From Syntrophorhabdaceae bacterium (lineage in GTDB: Bacteria > Desulfobacterota > Syntrophorhabdia > Syntrophorhabdales > Syntrophorhabdaceae): a stretch of 64,000 bases of DNA. Positions within the stretch are counted from its first letter, which is position 1. Every line of letters starts with the position of its first letter. Under the pieces are notes generated by a model. The model was given only the letters and a program-made list of their open reading frames with translations, made no database searches and had not been told where the DNA came from. The position numbers and the translations under genes were made by a program. The stretch covers positions 1,024,001-1,088,000 of the forward strand of contig OY762209.1 in NCBI GenBank assembly GCA_963665295.1, written 5' to 3'. Below are positions 27,953 to 39,001 of the stretch, piece by piece.

Positions 27953-29299
27953 ATGTTTCACGTGAAACATTTAAAGGTCCTCCTCATCAACCCGCACATT
28001 TACGATTTCGCCGCCTACAGCTTCTGGTCAAGCCCCCTCGGTCTCCTCCAACTCGGGGCCGTACTCAGACAGAACGGTCTTCACGTCGCCTTCATCGACT
28101 GCATGAAGACCCTCGATGAAAAACGAAAACCCGACGGCCGGGCCCCTTTTCTCAAGGCGAAGAGCACCCTGCCCCTGCCTCCACCCCTCAAGGCCATAAA
28201 GAAACGCCTCAAAAGATACGGCATCTCCCCCGACCAACTCCGCGAGCGCCTCGCCCTCCTCGACCCGCCCGACCTCGTGCTCATCACCACCATAATGACC
28301 TACTGGTATGGCGGCGCCAGCGAGGCCGCCCGCACGGCCAGGGAAGCCTTCCCCCACGCCAAAATCATCATGGGCGGCATCTACCCATCCCTCTGTAGCG
28401 ACCACGCTCTCGCCCATATGAAAGATGCCGACCTCGTCCTCGGCCACCGCGAGACGGACACCCTATACCGTTACATCGAGGAGACCTTCTCAACTACCCT
28501 CCCCTTCAAACCCTCCATGTACGATCTCAACCACTTGCCCTATCCCGCTTTCGACCTCTCCGAATCCCTCCCCTTCATCCCCCTCCTCACCTCATACGGC
28601 TGCGCCTTCAACTGCACCTACTGTGCCACCCCCTATATGCATCCCCGCATTGTGCGGAGGGACCCTGCCCACGTCCTCGACGAGATCCGCCATTGGCACG
28701 AACGTGGCGTGAAACGTATCGTGATGTACGACGACAATCTCCTCTACCGAAGCGACCTCTACGCCGCGCCCCTCTTCGATGCCATCTCCCGCCTCCCTTT
28801 TTCCCTGGACATTTACAACCCCAACGCCGTCAACGCAGCCTTCCTTGACGACCGTACCGCCCGCCTCCTCGTCGCCGCAGGTTTCCGCGACATCCGTATC
28901 GGCCTCGAAACCGTGGACCCCGCCACCCAGCGGTCCACCGGCGGCAAGGTCAACCTCCAGGTCTTCGAGCGCGCCCTCGACAACCTGGCCCGGGCCGGCT
29001 TCCCCATCAACAAAGTGGGGGTCTACATACTTTCCGGCCTCCCTTTTCAACGATGGGAAACCGTCAGGGCCGCCATCGACTACCTCTCCTCCTTCGGCGT
29101 CCGAACCGAAATCGCAGAATACACGCCCATTCCCCATACCCCACTCTTCGACCAACACCACGCCGCCGCCCGTTACCCCGTCGCCCAAGACCCCATCTAC
29201 CAGAACAACGCCCTCTTTCCTTTCGCCTGGGAAGGATTCACCGAAGAAGACCTCTCCAACCTGAAGCGCTACCTCAAGGAGATAAACCCCAAACCCTGA
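27953..29299 (+). CDS. B12-binding-domain radical SAM protein (start ATG 27953 or GTG 27962)
   Basis: LLINP..PLGLL, MGGIYPSL, TSYGCAFNCTYC (CxxxCxxC), DDNLL, YTPIPHTPL. Confidence 0.9.
   Translation: MFHVKHLKVLLINPHIYDFAAYSFWSSPLGLLQLGAVLRQNGLHVAFIDCMKTLDEKRKPDGRAPFLKAKSTLPLPPPLKAIKKRLKRYGISPDQLRERLALLDPPDLVLITTIMTYWYGGASEAARTAREAFPHAKIIMGGIYPSLCSDHALAHMKDADLVLGHRETDTLYRYIEETFSTTLPFKPSMYDLNHLPYPAFDLSESLPFIPLLTSYGCAFNCTYCATPYMHPRIVRRDPAHVLDEIRHWHERGVKRIVMYDDNLLYRSDLYAAPLFDAISRLPFSLDIYNPNAVNAAFLDDRTARLLVAAGFRDIRIGLETVDPATQRSTGGKVNLQVFERALDNLARAGFPINKVGVYILSGLPFQRWETVRAAIDYLSSFGVRTEIAEYTPIPHTPLFDQHHAAARYPVAQDPIYQNNALFPFAWEGFTEEDLSNLKRYLKEINPKP
27954..27969. promoter_or_regulatory. parS: parS centromere site (ParB binding)
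   Basis: Perfect palindrome TGTTTCACGTGAAACA matching the canonical parS consensus, about 21 kb from dnaA. Confidence 0.92.
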
Positions 29300-29555
29300 C
29301 CCCTACGCCTCCTTGACCCCAAGCCCCCCTTTACTCGACATCCCCCTGTCTCTGCAGTCCCTCCATTGACTGCGGCCCCGCGACACCAGGACACCGAAAA
29401 GCAATACAACACCCCCATTCCGGCATATGCAACGCCGCCTCTCGACCCAGCGGACACACTCTGCCCGCGCCGCCCCGGCGCAACGCACCATTGCCCCACA
29501 CCCCCGAGACTCATTTTATTGATATATTGTGCCAAATGGTGTTAAATAACTGGAC

Positions 29556-29637
29556 GCGAGAGTGGCGGAACTGGCAGACGCACTGGACTTAGGATCCAGC
29601 GGGTTAAACCGTAGGGGTTCAAATCCCCTCTCTCGCA
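29556..29637 (+). tRNA. tRNA-Leu(TAG), CCA not encoded
   Basis: GCGAGAGTGGCGGAACTGGCAGACGCA-CTGGA-CTTAGGA-TCCAG, long variable arm, GGTTCAAATCC, CTCTCGCA. Confidence 0.96.
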
Positions 29638-29651
29638 AATACCTTCTTCCT

Positions 29652-32516
29652 TCACTCCATGATACTTTTCAGCAACTCCTTCAATTCCTCCACCTTATAG
29701 GGCTTCGTGATGGCGCCCCTGAAACCGTATTCCCTGTGCCTCGCTATGACAGGGTCATCGGCATAGCCACTCGAAATGACACCCCTTACCCGACCATCCA
29801 ATACCCGCATCCTATCGAAGGCTTCCTTTCCGCCCATCCCCCTTTTCACCGTCAGGTCGAGAATCACCGCGTCAAATCCCCTGCCCCGGCTCAAAGCCTC
29901 CCCGTAAGCCGCCACCGCCTCCTCCCCGTTCCCGGACACTACTACCTCATATCCCAGATGGCTGATCAGCCTGCTCGCCACCTTCCGCACGTTTTCGTCG
30001 TCGTCCATAAAGAGCACCTTCTTCTGCGCCTTCACTCCGGACTCGGCCCCCTCGAAGCGCTCCACACTCTCCTTATATGCCGGCAGATAAATATGCACCG
30101 TGGTGCCTATGCCCACCGCAGACTCCACTTCCATGCGCCCCTTATGCCTCTCCACCGTAGAGTACGCCACTGCAAGACCGAGGCCCATGCCCCTCTCCGC
30201 ACCGAGACCCTTTGTCGTGAAATAGGGGTCAAATATCTTCGGAAGGTCCTCCCCTCTGATCCCTCTCCCCCGGTCCTCTATGGAAATCCTCACGAACTTT
30301 TCTCCACCAAGACCGCTGCTGCCCTTCTCCACCACGTTCTGGGCCCTTACCACTACCGCTCCCCCCTCCGGCATCGCCTCCATGGCGTTCAACACCACAT
30401 TCCCGATCACCTGGCCTATCTGCGTCTCGTCCGCCTCGATCGCTGCGAGGTCATCGGCCAGGGCAAAAAGGCACTCCACGTTAGAGCCCCTCACCGCCAG
30501 TTGAGCACTCCCCCTCACCACGCCCCCTACCTCCAGAACGCGCCTCACCGGCGCCCCTCCCTCGGAAAAGGTAATCAGTTTCCTCGTCAACTCCTTACCC
30601 GCGAGTGATATGCGCTCCGCCTCGGCCAGAAACCCGAACTCCTCGCTCCCCGACGGGAGGGCGATCTTCGCGATCGCGATATACCCCGTTACCGCCATGA
30701 GCAAATTGTTGAAATCATGCGCAATCCCCCCTGCCAGGGTCCCGATCGACTCCAACGTGCGCTTCCTTAAAAGCTCCGCTTCCATGTGCTTTCGGCCCGT
30801 AATATCCCTGCTCGAGCAATCGATCTCCTGCACCGTCCCCGATCCATCCCTTACAAGACGCCCCACCGTTTCCGCCCATATCTCCGCGCCGTCCTTCCGC
30901 CGCATCCGATGCTCCACCACATAACGCCCGTCCCCCCGCCGCGACGCCACCCTCATCAACTCCCGCACCCGCTTCATATCCTCGGCGGGCACAAACTTCT
31001 CCGGAAATTCACCCACCATCTCCTCGGGCAGATACCCCAGAACCGCCTCAGACGACGGTGTAACGTAGAGCGCCCGTCCGTCTCGAGCGTGCCGTGAAAT
31101 CATATCCGTCGCGTTCTCAGCGAGAAGCCGGTCAAGGCGTTCGCTCTCCCTCAGGGCCTCCTCCGTCCGCTTCCGTTCCGTAATGTCCTCCGTGGTACCC
31201 TCCAGGAACACGATCTCCCCCGACTCATCGCGAACCGCCCTCGCATTCAGGGACACCCACACCTTCTTGCCGTCCTTCCGGTAAAGCTCCACCTCGAACC
31301 TTTCCGCCACGCCGTCCCGACCGCACACCTCCAGAAGACTCATCCGATCGCCCCCGTTCACATACCGCTCCTCACCGAGATCCACCACCGACCCTATCAA
31401 TTCCTCTGCAGACGCGAAGCCGAAAGTCCTTGCAAGGGCGTTATTCGCACTCAAAATCCGCCCCTCCCGGGTGCTCCGGAATACCCCCATGATGGCGTCG
31501 TGAAAAATGGCCCGGTATTTCCCCTCCGCCTCTTTCAACCGGTTCTGTGCCTCAACTCTGTCAGTGACGTCCCGGTCAAATCCGAGATACCCCGAGAACC
31601 TTCCTTCCTCGTCAAAGACCGGCGCCCCGCTCGTTTCCACCACCACCGCACGCCCGTCTTTGCGAATCCCGCTCCTCTCCAGTCCCGCAAAGGGCTTCCG
31701 CGCAGCCAGAATGTCCGCCTCCACTCCCATGGCCCCCACTACTCCGAACTCCCTCTTACCCACGATCTCCCCAGGCTCATAGCCTAAAAGCTCCTTCACC
31801 TTCGAACTCGCGTATGTGTACACCCCCTCACTGTCAACTCTCCACACCCAGTCGCTCGTGGTCTCCACGAGCGAACGGAACCGCTTTTCGCTCTCACGCA
31901 ACGCACTTTCGACCCATTTTCTGTGGGACACCTCCCCCTCCAGTGCCGAGGATCTCTCCCTACTCTCCAGGTTCAGAAGGCCCAGATCCGCGATAAACAC
32001 CGCAAGCTCGCCCAGATACGACATCACCTGGGCGAGCTTCTCCCCGGACACAACCGGCACCTGCCTCAACGCCTCAAGGTATGCCTCAACGTCATAATCA
32101 TATTCTTTCGCCTGCCTCCGGAACCGCCCCACGTCCGCCTCACCTCTCAGAACCTGACCCGTCGCGAGGCTCGCAAGGTGCCTCCCGTTGATTATGATAG
32201 GCGTCGCGCAATCTACAAGCCCGTGGGCGCACTCTTCTATCACCACCTGGCCCACCTCCTTCAACTGACCGGTAAGGCGTACGTTACTCGCCACGCATTT
32301 TGCCGCCGAGTCAGGATGGACCCTGTGGAACTTCGTGCACACGTCGTACCATCCCGACGCAATCAGTATTTCCTGACTCGGATGCTCCACAAATCCTATC
32401 GTAAAACCCGTGGCCCGGGAGAACTTCTCAAACACCCTTCGAAGCCGCTCAAGGTCGATGAGATCCCTGATCGTATATTTTTCACCCGTCAAACTTTTCC
32501 TCGATTCTCGGTCCAT
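29652..32516 (-). CDS. PocR/PAS hybrid sensor histidine kinase
   Basis: PocR: CTKFHR..C..ECAHGLVDCATPIIINGRHL..GQ; three PAS domains; AGGIAHDFNN; C-terminal REC domain. Confidence 0.9.
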   Translation of the reverse strand: MDRESRKSLTGEKYTIRDLIDLERLRRVFEKFSRATGFTIGFVEHPSQEILIASGWYDVCTKFHRVHPDSAAKCVASNVRLTGQLKEVGQVVIEECAHGLVDCATPIIINGRHLASLATGQVLRGEADVGRFRRQAKEYDYDVEAYLEALRQVPVVSGEKLAQVMSYLGELAVFIADLGLLNLESRERSSALEGEVSHRKWVESALRESEKRFRSLVETTSDWVWRVDSEGVYTYASSKVKELLGYEPGEIVGKREFGVVGAMGVEADILAARKPFAGLERSGIRKDGRAVVVETSGAPVFDEEGRFSGYLGFDRDVTDRVEAQNRLKEAEGKYRAIFHDAIMGVFRSTREGRILSANNALARTFGFASAEELIGSVVDLGEERYVNGGDRMSLLEVCGRDGVAERFEVELYRKDGKKVWVSLNARAVRDESGEIVFLEGTTEDITERKRTEEALRESERLDRLLAENATDMISRHARDGRALYVTPSSEAVLGYLPEEMVGEFPEKFVPAEDMKRVRELMRVASRRGDGRYVVEHRMRRKDGAEIWAETVGRLVRDGSGTVQEIDCSSRDITGRKHMEAELLRKRTLESIGTLAGGIAHDFNNLLMAVTGYIAIAKIALPSGSEEFGFLAEAERISLAGKELTRKLITFSEGGAPVRRVLEVGGVVRGSAQLAVRGSNVECLFALADDLAAIEADETQIGQVIGNVVLNAMEAMPEGGAVVVRAQNVVEKGSSGLGGEKFVRISIEDRGRGIRGEDLPKIFDPYFTTKGLGAERGMGLGLAVAYSTVERHKGRMEVESAVGIGTTVHIYLPAYKESVERFEGAESGVKAQKKVLFMDDDENVRKVASRLISHLGYEVVVSGNGEEAVAAYGEALSRGRGFDAVILDLTVKRGMGGKEAFDRMRVLDGRVRGVISSGYADDPVIARHREYGFRGAITKPYKVEELKELLKSIME

Positions 32517-33150
32517 TATTCCGTCCCCTCGACATACCCCATAAAAGGCAATCCTCCCATCTCCTCTCGTTCGAGCCCCATCCTGTCCCGCAATTACAGT
32601 CTCCCACTTTTTTCACCCCAGATCAACAACCATCCCCTCAAAGATACTCCTCCTTCTACGCCCGCTCCGCCAAGCCCCCTCTCCCGACCACGCCCTACCT
32701 TGCTAAAACACCTCTTCCCGCTATATCCCTTTTGTAGCCCTTGTACTGCATTACGACCTCGTCTGAGGGCCAAGTATCATGGACACCTCGTTTCGTGCAG
32801 CCTGACGCATTCTCCACGGTCGTTTTTTCATGGTCCCCCGAAAAATTTCCCCTCCCATTACCGCCCACCCCACTCCCTTTGCTTCCCTCTGCCCACCCCG
32901 TTTTCTCCACGCCTCGCCGCCAACCCCACCCAATTCCTTCTCCCGGAGAAATGGTCGCCATAAAAAAGGGCACAAACGTAGACCGCCCCCGCGGACCAAC
33001 TTTGACCCCCTCTCCCCTGCTGACAGATCTGAATGATGGTGATGTCCGTGCGCGCCTCGAACGCGGCGCGTGGTGCTGACAATACGTGGCTCGCCCGAAG
33101 CCCGGCGGGAGCCTGCCTCCTCCCGCCCCCGCGCTCGCCCCCTGCAACTC

Positions 33151-33648
33151 CTACCCTTCCCCTGCCGCTCTCCCCCCCGCATCGACAATTACCAGTTCCT
33201 CTGCTGAGAATACCCTTGCATCGAGAATCATAATAAACCCGCCTTGCCTCTTCCCTATCCCCTTGATGAGATCTTTCTTGATTCCCGTTCCGATCTTCGG
33301 CGTAGCCTCGATCTCATCGTCCCCGAACTCCACGACCTCCTGAACCGAATCCACCACCGCGCCCATGACGGTATTCTCCCCCTCAAAAGGTACCTCCACC
33401 ACAATTATGCACGTATCGACCGTCCTCCCTCTGCCCGTAATCCCCAGCTTCACCCCCAGGTCAATAACGGGAACCACGTTCCCCCGCAGGTTGATGACGC
33501 CCCTCATGAACACGGGCGCACCGGGGACTTCCGTAATCCTGGTCAATTCCATAATCTCCCGCACATGGGCCACCTCGAGGCCGAAACCCTCTTCCCCCAT
33601 GGTGAAGGTGAGATACCGCCCCCTCTCCATCATCTCCCCTGAACTCAT
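33151..33648 (-). CDS. cheW: Chemotaxis coupling protein CheW
   Basis: YLTF..EGFG..VREI..ITEVP..RGVINLRGNVVPVIDL..VDSVQEV. Confidence 0.95.
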   Translation of the reverse strand: MSSGEMMERGRYLTFTMGEEGFGLEVAHVREIMELTRITEVPGAPVFMRGVINLRGNVVPVIDLGVKLGITGRGRTVDTCIIVVEVPFEGENTVMGAVVDSVQEVVEFGDDEIEATPKIGTGIKKDLIKGIGKRQGGFIMILDARVFSAEELVIVDAGGRAAGEG

Positions 33649-33663
33649 GTCCCTTCGCCCTCT

Positions 33664-35733
33664 CTAACATCTCTCGAAGTCATCATCGAGAATATCGAGA
33701 CTGCTCCCCATGTTCAACGTCACGCCGCCCGCCTTCGTACCGTTTCCCTCTGTGCGGTTTTGAAAAACGGCCCTGAATGACCCACCGCCGTTCTTTCCTG
33801 TTCCGCGACGGACGCGCAGCCCCACTTCGGAAGTCTCCTTGTCTCCGGCCTTGAGGAAGGAGATGGTCTCTTGTAGCTGCTCGGCCTGACTCGACAACTC
33901 CTCCGATGTAGCCGCCATCTCTTCCGTGGCCGACGCGTTCTGCTGAATTACCTGGTCCAGTTGCTGAATGGCCTGATTAATCTGTTCCGCCCCCGCGTTC
34001 TGCTCATGGCTCGCTGCGCTGATCTCCTGAACAAGCTCCGCAGTCCTCTGGATATCAGGCACGATCTTCCCCAGCATCTCGCCCGCCCTCACCGCGACCT
34101 CGACGCTCGAAGTGGAAAGCTTACTAATCTCCCCTGCCGCGCCCTGGCTCCTCTCCGCCAGCTTACGCACCTCAGAGGCCACCACCGCAAATCCCTTGCC
34201 GTGTTCCCCTGCCCGGGCCGCTTCTATCGCCGCGTTCAGGGCAAGAAGGTTCGTTTGCCGCGCGATCTCCTCTATGATGGTGATCTTCTCCGCTATCTCC
34301 TTCATGGCAGCAACAGTCTCCCTCACTGCGCGGCCACCTTCGCCCGCGTCCTCCGCCGATTTCAGGGCGATCTTCTCGGTCTGGTGTGCATTGTCCGCGT
34401 TCTGCCTGATATTGGAAACCATCTGCTCCATAGACGAGGAGATCTCTTCCGCCGAAGCCGCCTGTTCGGTCGCCCCCTGAGAGATCTGCTGAGAGGTGGC
34501 GTTCGTCTGGGCGCTCCCGGATGCCACGTTGTCCGCCGCATTCTTCACGTCATTTACCACCTCGATGAGCCTCCTTACCATGGACGCAAGGGCTTTCATA
34601 AGCTCGTCTTTCTCCGACCGCTCCTTCACTTCCACCATGAGGTTGCCCTTCGCGATCTCCCTCGCAAGCCCCGACACGCCGTTCATGGAGTCGATCAGCA
34701 CATTCAGGTTGTTCTTGATCCCGTTGAAATCGCCGTTGTACGCCACCGTGATCCTATCGGGAATATCTCCCTTGGAGATCCTCTCTACATACTCGGCAGC
34801 CACATTCAGGGGGCCAATCACCGCATTCAGGGTATCGTTGATGCCCCGCACGATCTCCCTGTACCCTCCCTTGAACTCTTCCGCCCTTCCCCTCGTGGAC
34901 AGCCTCCCGTCAACAGCCGCCCTCGTGAGCGCCTCCGTCTCCCCTATCAGGGCCCGCAGGGTCTCCACCATGCTACTGAAGGATCGGGCCAGAAGCCCCG
35001 CCTCGTCCTTCCCGTCTACCTCCACAGTCATCCCCACGTCCCCAAGGGCAAGCCTGTCCGTTGCCTCCACAAGCTCCATGAGGGGTTGCTTTATGGAGCG
35101 GGTAATGTAATAGGCGGTACACACGGCGAAGCACAAAGCAAAAAGGCCGATGCCTATCAGCAGATTACGAGCCGACCCGTACGCCGCCGCCGCCTCCTGA
35201 TACCGGGCCTCGTTCATCTCCTTCTGGTACCGCACCATTTCGCCGTACACCGCGTTCAGTTCCACGGAGTTGGGCCTCGACTCTCTCATGTAGAGGGCGA
35301 GGGCCTCGGCTGACTTCCCTGACGATGCAAGACCGGTCACCCTGTCGTTGATCTCCCTGCCCTTCCCCGTAACAGCCTTGATCTTCCCTATGATCTGCCT
35401 GCCTTTTTCCGTGTCGTCAAGCTTCTCCAGCTTCTCCATGGCCTCTTTGTAAGCCCCCCGGTCCGCTGCGAGCTTCTGTTTTTCCTCCGCCACCACCGCG
35501 CTGTCCTTGGTCGCCGCAATAGCGAGCATTGATTTCGCCACGTCGCTTATGGCCCTGGAGGCGTCGTTCGCGTGCTCGATCTTGACATTATTCACCCGCA
35601 CTATCCGGTCAAGCTTGTCACTCACGCTCCTCATGCTCCCGAGGCCGACGACGGTCAATATCACCATAAGCGCCACCACGATCCCAAAACCCGCCCCAAG
35701 TCTCGTGCCTATCCTTACGTCTCTCAGTTTCAT
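33664..35733 (-). CDS. Methyl-accepting chemotaxis protein (4HB sensor, multiple HAMPs)
   Basis: Two TM helices, HAMP repeats, [40 protein letters not shown]; start re-assigned to MKLRDV. Confidence 0.95.
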   Translation of the reverse strand: MKLRDVRIGTRLGAGFGIVVALMVILTVVGLGSMRSVSDKLDRIVRVNNVKIEHANDASRAISDVAKSMLAIAATKDSAVVAEEKQKLAADRGAYKEAMEKLEKLDDTEKGRQIIGKIKAVTGKGREINDRVTGLASSGKSAEALALYMRESRPNSVELNAVYGEMVRYQKEMNEARYQEAAAAYGSARNLLIGIGLFALCFAVCTAYYITRSIKQPLMELVEATDRLALGDVGMTVEVDGKDEAGLLARSFSSMVETLRALIGETEALTRAAVDGRLSTRGRAEEFKGGYREIVRGINDTLNAVIGPLNVAAEYVERISKGDIPDRITVAYNGDFNGIKNNLNVLIDSMNGVSGLAREIAKGNLMVEVKERSEKDELMKALASMVRRLIEVVNDVKNAADNVASGSAQTNATSQQISQGATEQAASAEEISSSMEQMVSNIRQNADNAHQTEKIALKSAEDAGEGGRAVRETVAAMKEIAEKITIIEEIARQTNLLALNAAIEAARAGEHGKGFAVVASEVRKLAERSQGAAGEISKLSTSSVEVAVRAGEMLGKIVPDIQRTAELVQEISAASHEQNAGAEQINQAIQQLDQVIQQNASATEEMAATSEELSSQAEQLQETISFLKAGDKETSEVGLRVRRGTGKNGGGSFRAVFQNRTEGNGTKAGGVTLNMGSSLDILDDDFERC

Positions 35734-35821
35734 ACGACACTCTCCTTCATCGACGTTAACCTCATTATCCTGCAAAAGGCCGCCCTCTCCCGGCGGCCCC
35801 CTCACATGGGCAACTGATCTC

Positions 35822-36187
35822 TCATCCCAACACCCGCCTCACCACCGTAAGAAGCTGCTCGAACCTGAAAGGTTTCACGATCCATCCCGTGGCCCCCGCC
35901 GCCCTTCCCTCATGCTTTTTCGAGTCCTGCGACTCCGTGGTAAGCATTATGACAGGAACGAACCTCGTCTCCGCCCTCTTTCGCAGCTCCCTGATGAGCC
36001 CGATGCCATCCAGATTCGGCATATTCAGGTCCGTAATCACCATATGAACCGGATAGCCCATCAGTTTCGTCAGTGCCTCCCGTCCGTCCGATGCCTGGAC
36101 CACTTCGTACCCCGCATCCCTCAGGGTATAGCTCACCATCTGACGAATGCTCGACGAGTCATCCACCGACAGAATCCGTTTGCTCAT
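35822..36187 (-). CDS. cheY: CheY-like response regulator
   Basis: [35 protein letters not shown]. Confidence 0.92.
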   Translation of the reverse strand: MSKRILSVDDSSSIRQMVSYTLRDAGYEVVQASDGREALTKLMGYPVHMVITDLNMPNLDGIGLIRELRKRAETRFVPVIMLTTESQDSKKHEGRAAGATGWIVKPFRFEQLLTVVRRVLG

Positions 36188-36893
36188 TTCCCTCCCTCTT
36201 GCTCACACCCATGCACAGCCCCTGGGGGGGCGCCCTCTTGTCGCCGCTCCCTCCCGCGAAGCCCACCTCAGCCCTGCCGCTGCGAATAGATCCTCCTACC
36301 GCGCAGCCGAAAAGCCGCGCTATCGCGAGAGATGCCCACAATGTCCATAGTCTGATTTATTGCTGAAGAGTTGTCCCCGGCCGAAGGTAAGGGCATGTGA
36401 TTAATTTCACTACCGCCTTCGCGAAGACCCGGGGCCGGCCTGTAGTTGATTGCAGATGGGGAAATAGTCGCTCCCCGTCCGGAAGAATGTACCGCCTCGT
36501 AATCTGGAGCGTCCTCACGCATCTGTCACTCCCTCTGTTACGACAGCCCGTGTATATGTCGCTGCGAAGCCCAATGCTTCCGGCCCGGGGAGCCCGCGCT
36601 CCCCACGAAAAGGATGCCCACCCCGTTGCGACGGCGAACATTCCTATGTATGGCGAATTCCCACCGCTCGAAGAAATTCTCATCCCTTCGTTTCCTGTTA
36701 TCGGCAAACCAGCCCATTTCTTAACCTATTTTGTCCCATATTCCTTCTGTCGCGATCCTTTCTCTCTCCTGCGGCGCGCAAAATGCGGGCAAGGCGCAAC
36801 GCCCTCCCGTCATATGGGAATCCATCCATTCCCATGCCGCCCCAGGCATAAATGGATTGCCTGTTTCCCCCGTCCTTCCATGGGAGACTGCTG

Positions 36894-36919
36894 CACCCAA
36901 CCCCGGGCGGGGTTGGGTG
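36894..36919. terminator. Hairpin downstream of hisH
   Basis: CACCCAACCCC-GGGC-GGGGTTGGGTG; no clear T tract. Confidence 0.4.
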
Positions 36920-36938
36920 GAATCATCGAATAGGTCTA

Positions 36939-37541
36939 TTATTTCGCTAGCTTGAGAAAGTTCTGGAGGAGCTTGAGCCCCACCTTCTGGCTTTTTTCCG
37001 GGTGAAACTGACAGGCAAAGACGTGTTTCTTCTGAATGGAAGAGCAGAAGTCCGTGCCGTAATTCGTTTTGGTGGCCACCACGTCTTCCTCGGGAAGACA
37101 GTAGTAGGAATGGACGAAATAGAAGAATTCACTGTCGGCTATGCCGTCGAGGACCTCGGCGCCTTTTACCCGCTCTATGCTGTTCCACCCCATGTGGGGC
37201 ACCTTCATGTCGCCCTTGAATCGCGGGACTGTCCCCTTCACAAACCCCATTCCCTTCACGCCGGGAGCCTCTTCACTCGTTTCAAAGAGTATCTGCATGC
37301 CGAGACATATGCCCAGATAGAGCTTATCGTTCATGATGAGGTCCCTGATAAAGTCGAGGAGGTCAAACTTTTCGAGGTTTTCTATGCACTTGCCGAAAGC
37401 CCCCACCCCAGGAAGGACGATCCCTTTCGCCTCTTCGATGACCGACTTATCCCTCGTGATCACCGCATCCGCCCTGAGTTTCTTGAAGGCGTTCGTCACG
37501 CTCCTCAGGTTCCCCATTCCATAATCTACGATGGCAATCAT
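36939..37541 (-). CDS. hisH: Imidazole glycerol phosphate synthase, glutaminase subunit
   Basis: MIAIVDYGMGNL, LPGVGAF, GICLGMQ, PHMGWN, YFVHSY, QFHPEKS. Confidence 0.97.
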   Translation of the reverse strand: MIAIVDYGMGNLRSVTNAFKKLRADAVITRDKSVIEEAKGIVLPGVGAFGKCIENLEKFDLLDFIRDLIMNDKLYLGICLGMQILFETSEEAPGVKGMGFVKGTVPRFKGDMKVPHMGWNSIERVKGAEVLDGIADSEFFYFVHSYYCLPEEDVVATKTNYGTDFCSSIQKKHVFACQFHPEKSQKVGLKLLQNFLKLAK

Positions 37542-38122
37542 AACATCCCTTTCGTGGACAGAGCGCCTTTTACCCGTTCGTCCTTTGTTACCGCATCCTT
37601 GAGCGCCCTTCCGAAGGCCTTGAACACCGCCTCCACCTTGTGGTGCAGGTTCTCCCCGTAGAGCAGGTTCACATGGAGGGCGCACTTCGCCTCGCCCACG
37701 AAACCCTTGAAAAATTCCCTCACCACGTCCACATCGAACATGGCTATCCTGCCGTTAAGCTCCCCTTTCCATACGAAAGTGGGTCGTCCGCTCATATCCA
37801 GGGCAACCATGACCAGGGATTCGTCCATAGGCACGATGGCGTGACCATACCTCTTCAATCCCTCGAAGTTGCCCAGGGCTTCCTTGAATGTCCTGCCGAG
37901 CACGATGCCCACGTCCTCCACCGTATGATGGGAGTCTACCTCGATGTCGCCTTTTGCCTCTATGGTGAGGTCGAAAAAACCGTGCCGTGCGAAGAGGTGG
38001 AGCATGTGGTCAAAGAAGGGTATTCCCGTCGAGATGGTCGAATTCCCCTCGCCGTCAACGGTGATCCCCACCACGATGGTAGTTTCCTTTGTCTCTCTCT
38101 CCACTTTTGCGACTCTTGCCAT
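37538..38122 (-). CDS. hisB: Imidazoleglycerol-phosphate dehydratase
   Basis: RETKET, FFDHML, DSHHTVEDVGI, PMDE, NLHHKVEAVFKA. Confidence 0.97.
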   Translation of the reverse strand: MARVAKVERETKETTIVVGITVDGEGNSTISTGIPFFDHMLHLFARHGFFDLTIEAKGDIEVDSHHTVEDVGIVLGRTFKEALGNFEGLKRYGHAIVPMDESLVMVALDMSGRPTFVWKGELNGRIAMFDVDVVREFFKGFVGEAKCALHVNLLYGENLHHKVEAVFKAFGRALKDAVTKDERVKGALSTKGML

Positions 38123-38131
38123 CCGGTCCCC

Positions 38132-39001
38132 CTATGGTATGACCTTATTCAACGGGTACTCCACGATGCCCTCGGCGCCCGCCCGCTTAAGGTCGGGGAT
38201 AATGTCCCTTACCACCTTCTCGTCAATGATCACCTCTATGGCAACCCACTTCTCGTCGGAGAGGTTCGATATGGTGGGAGTGTTAAGGGACGGGAGAATG
38301 CCTGTCACTGTCGCCAGTTGGCTTCTCGGCACGTTCATCTTGAGCCCCACCTTCTCCTCAGCGAGGAGCGCCCCTTTCAACAATATCATTATATTCTCTA
38401 TCTTCCTTTTTTTCCACTTGTCTTTCCAGGCGTCCTTGTTTGCAATCACCACGGTTTCCGATTCGAGGATGGTATCCACGATTCTCAGGTTGTTGGCCCT
38501 GAGCGAGTCCCCTGTCTCCGTGACCTCGATGATCGCGTCCGCAAGGAGCGGCGGTTTTACCTCCGTGGCGCCCCACGAGAATTCCACGCTCGCGTCGATC
38601 CCCTTCTTCTTAAGGAACCTTTTCGTAAAAGCCACCAACTCGGTAGCGATCTTCTTTCCCTTCAGGTCCTCCACTGTATTGATGGGGGAATCGTTGGGCA
38701 CGGCGATCACCCATTTTACGCCCCGGAAACCGACTTTGCCGTACCTCAGGCGGATAAGCTCCACCACCTTGGCGTCCTGTTCAAGCACCCAGTCATACCC
38801 CGTAATACCTACGTCGAGTATGCCGTCCTGAACGTAGCGCGCCATTTCCTGGGCCCTGATCACAAGGCCCTCGAGTTCGGGGTCGTCGATAACGGGCACA
38901 TACGACCTTTCAGGCAGTTTAATGGTATACCCCGCGTTCTTGAACAGTCTGAATGTGGACTCCTGCAAGCTTCCTTTCGGCAGACCTATTTTCAGCTTCA
39001 T
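38132..39001 (-). CDS. hisG: ATP phosphoribosyltransferase, long form
   Basis: [32 protein letters not shown]-terminal regulatory domain. Confidence 0.96.
   Translation of the reverse strand: MKLKIGLPKGSLQESTFRLFKNAGYTIKLPERSYVPVIDDPELEGLVIRAQEMARYVQDGILDVGITGYDWVLEQDAKVVELIRLRYGKVGFRGVKWVIAVPNDSPINTVEDLKGKKIATELVAFTKRFLKKKGIDASVEFSWGATEVKPPLLADAIIEVTETGDSLRANNLRIVDTILESETVVIANKDAWKDKWKKRKIENIMILLKGALLAEEKVGLKMNVPRSQLATVTGILPSLNTPTISNLSDEKWVAIEVIIDEKVVRDIIPDLKRAGAEGIVEYPLNKVIP

Noticed and set aside
29562..30608. 348-aa plus-strand ORF
   Set aside because: Starts inside tRNA-Leu and runs antisense to the PocR kinase; a shadow ORF favoured by the C-rich skew
32517..33150. ORFs of 66-150 aa in the cheW-kinase gap
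   Set aside because: Low-complexity G/R- or P-rich translations caused by base skew; no recognisable domain
29556..36938. Integrative element at tRNA-Leu
   Set aside because: No integrase and no duplicated tRNA 3' end found
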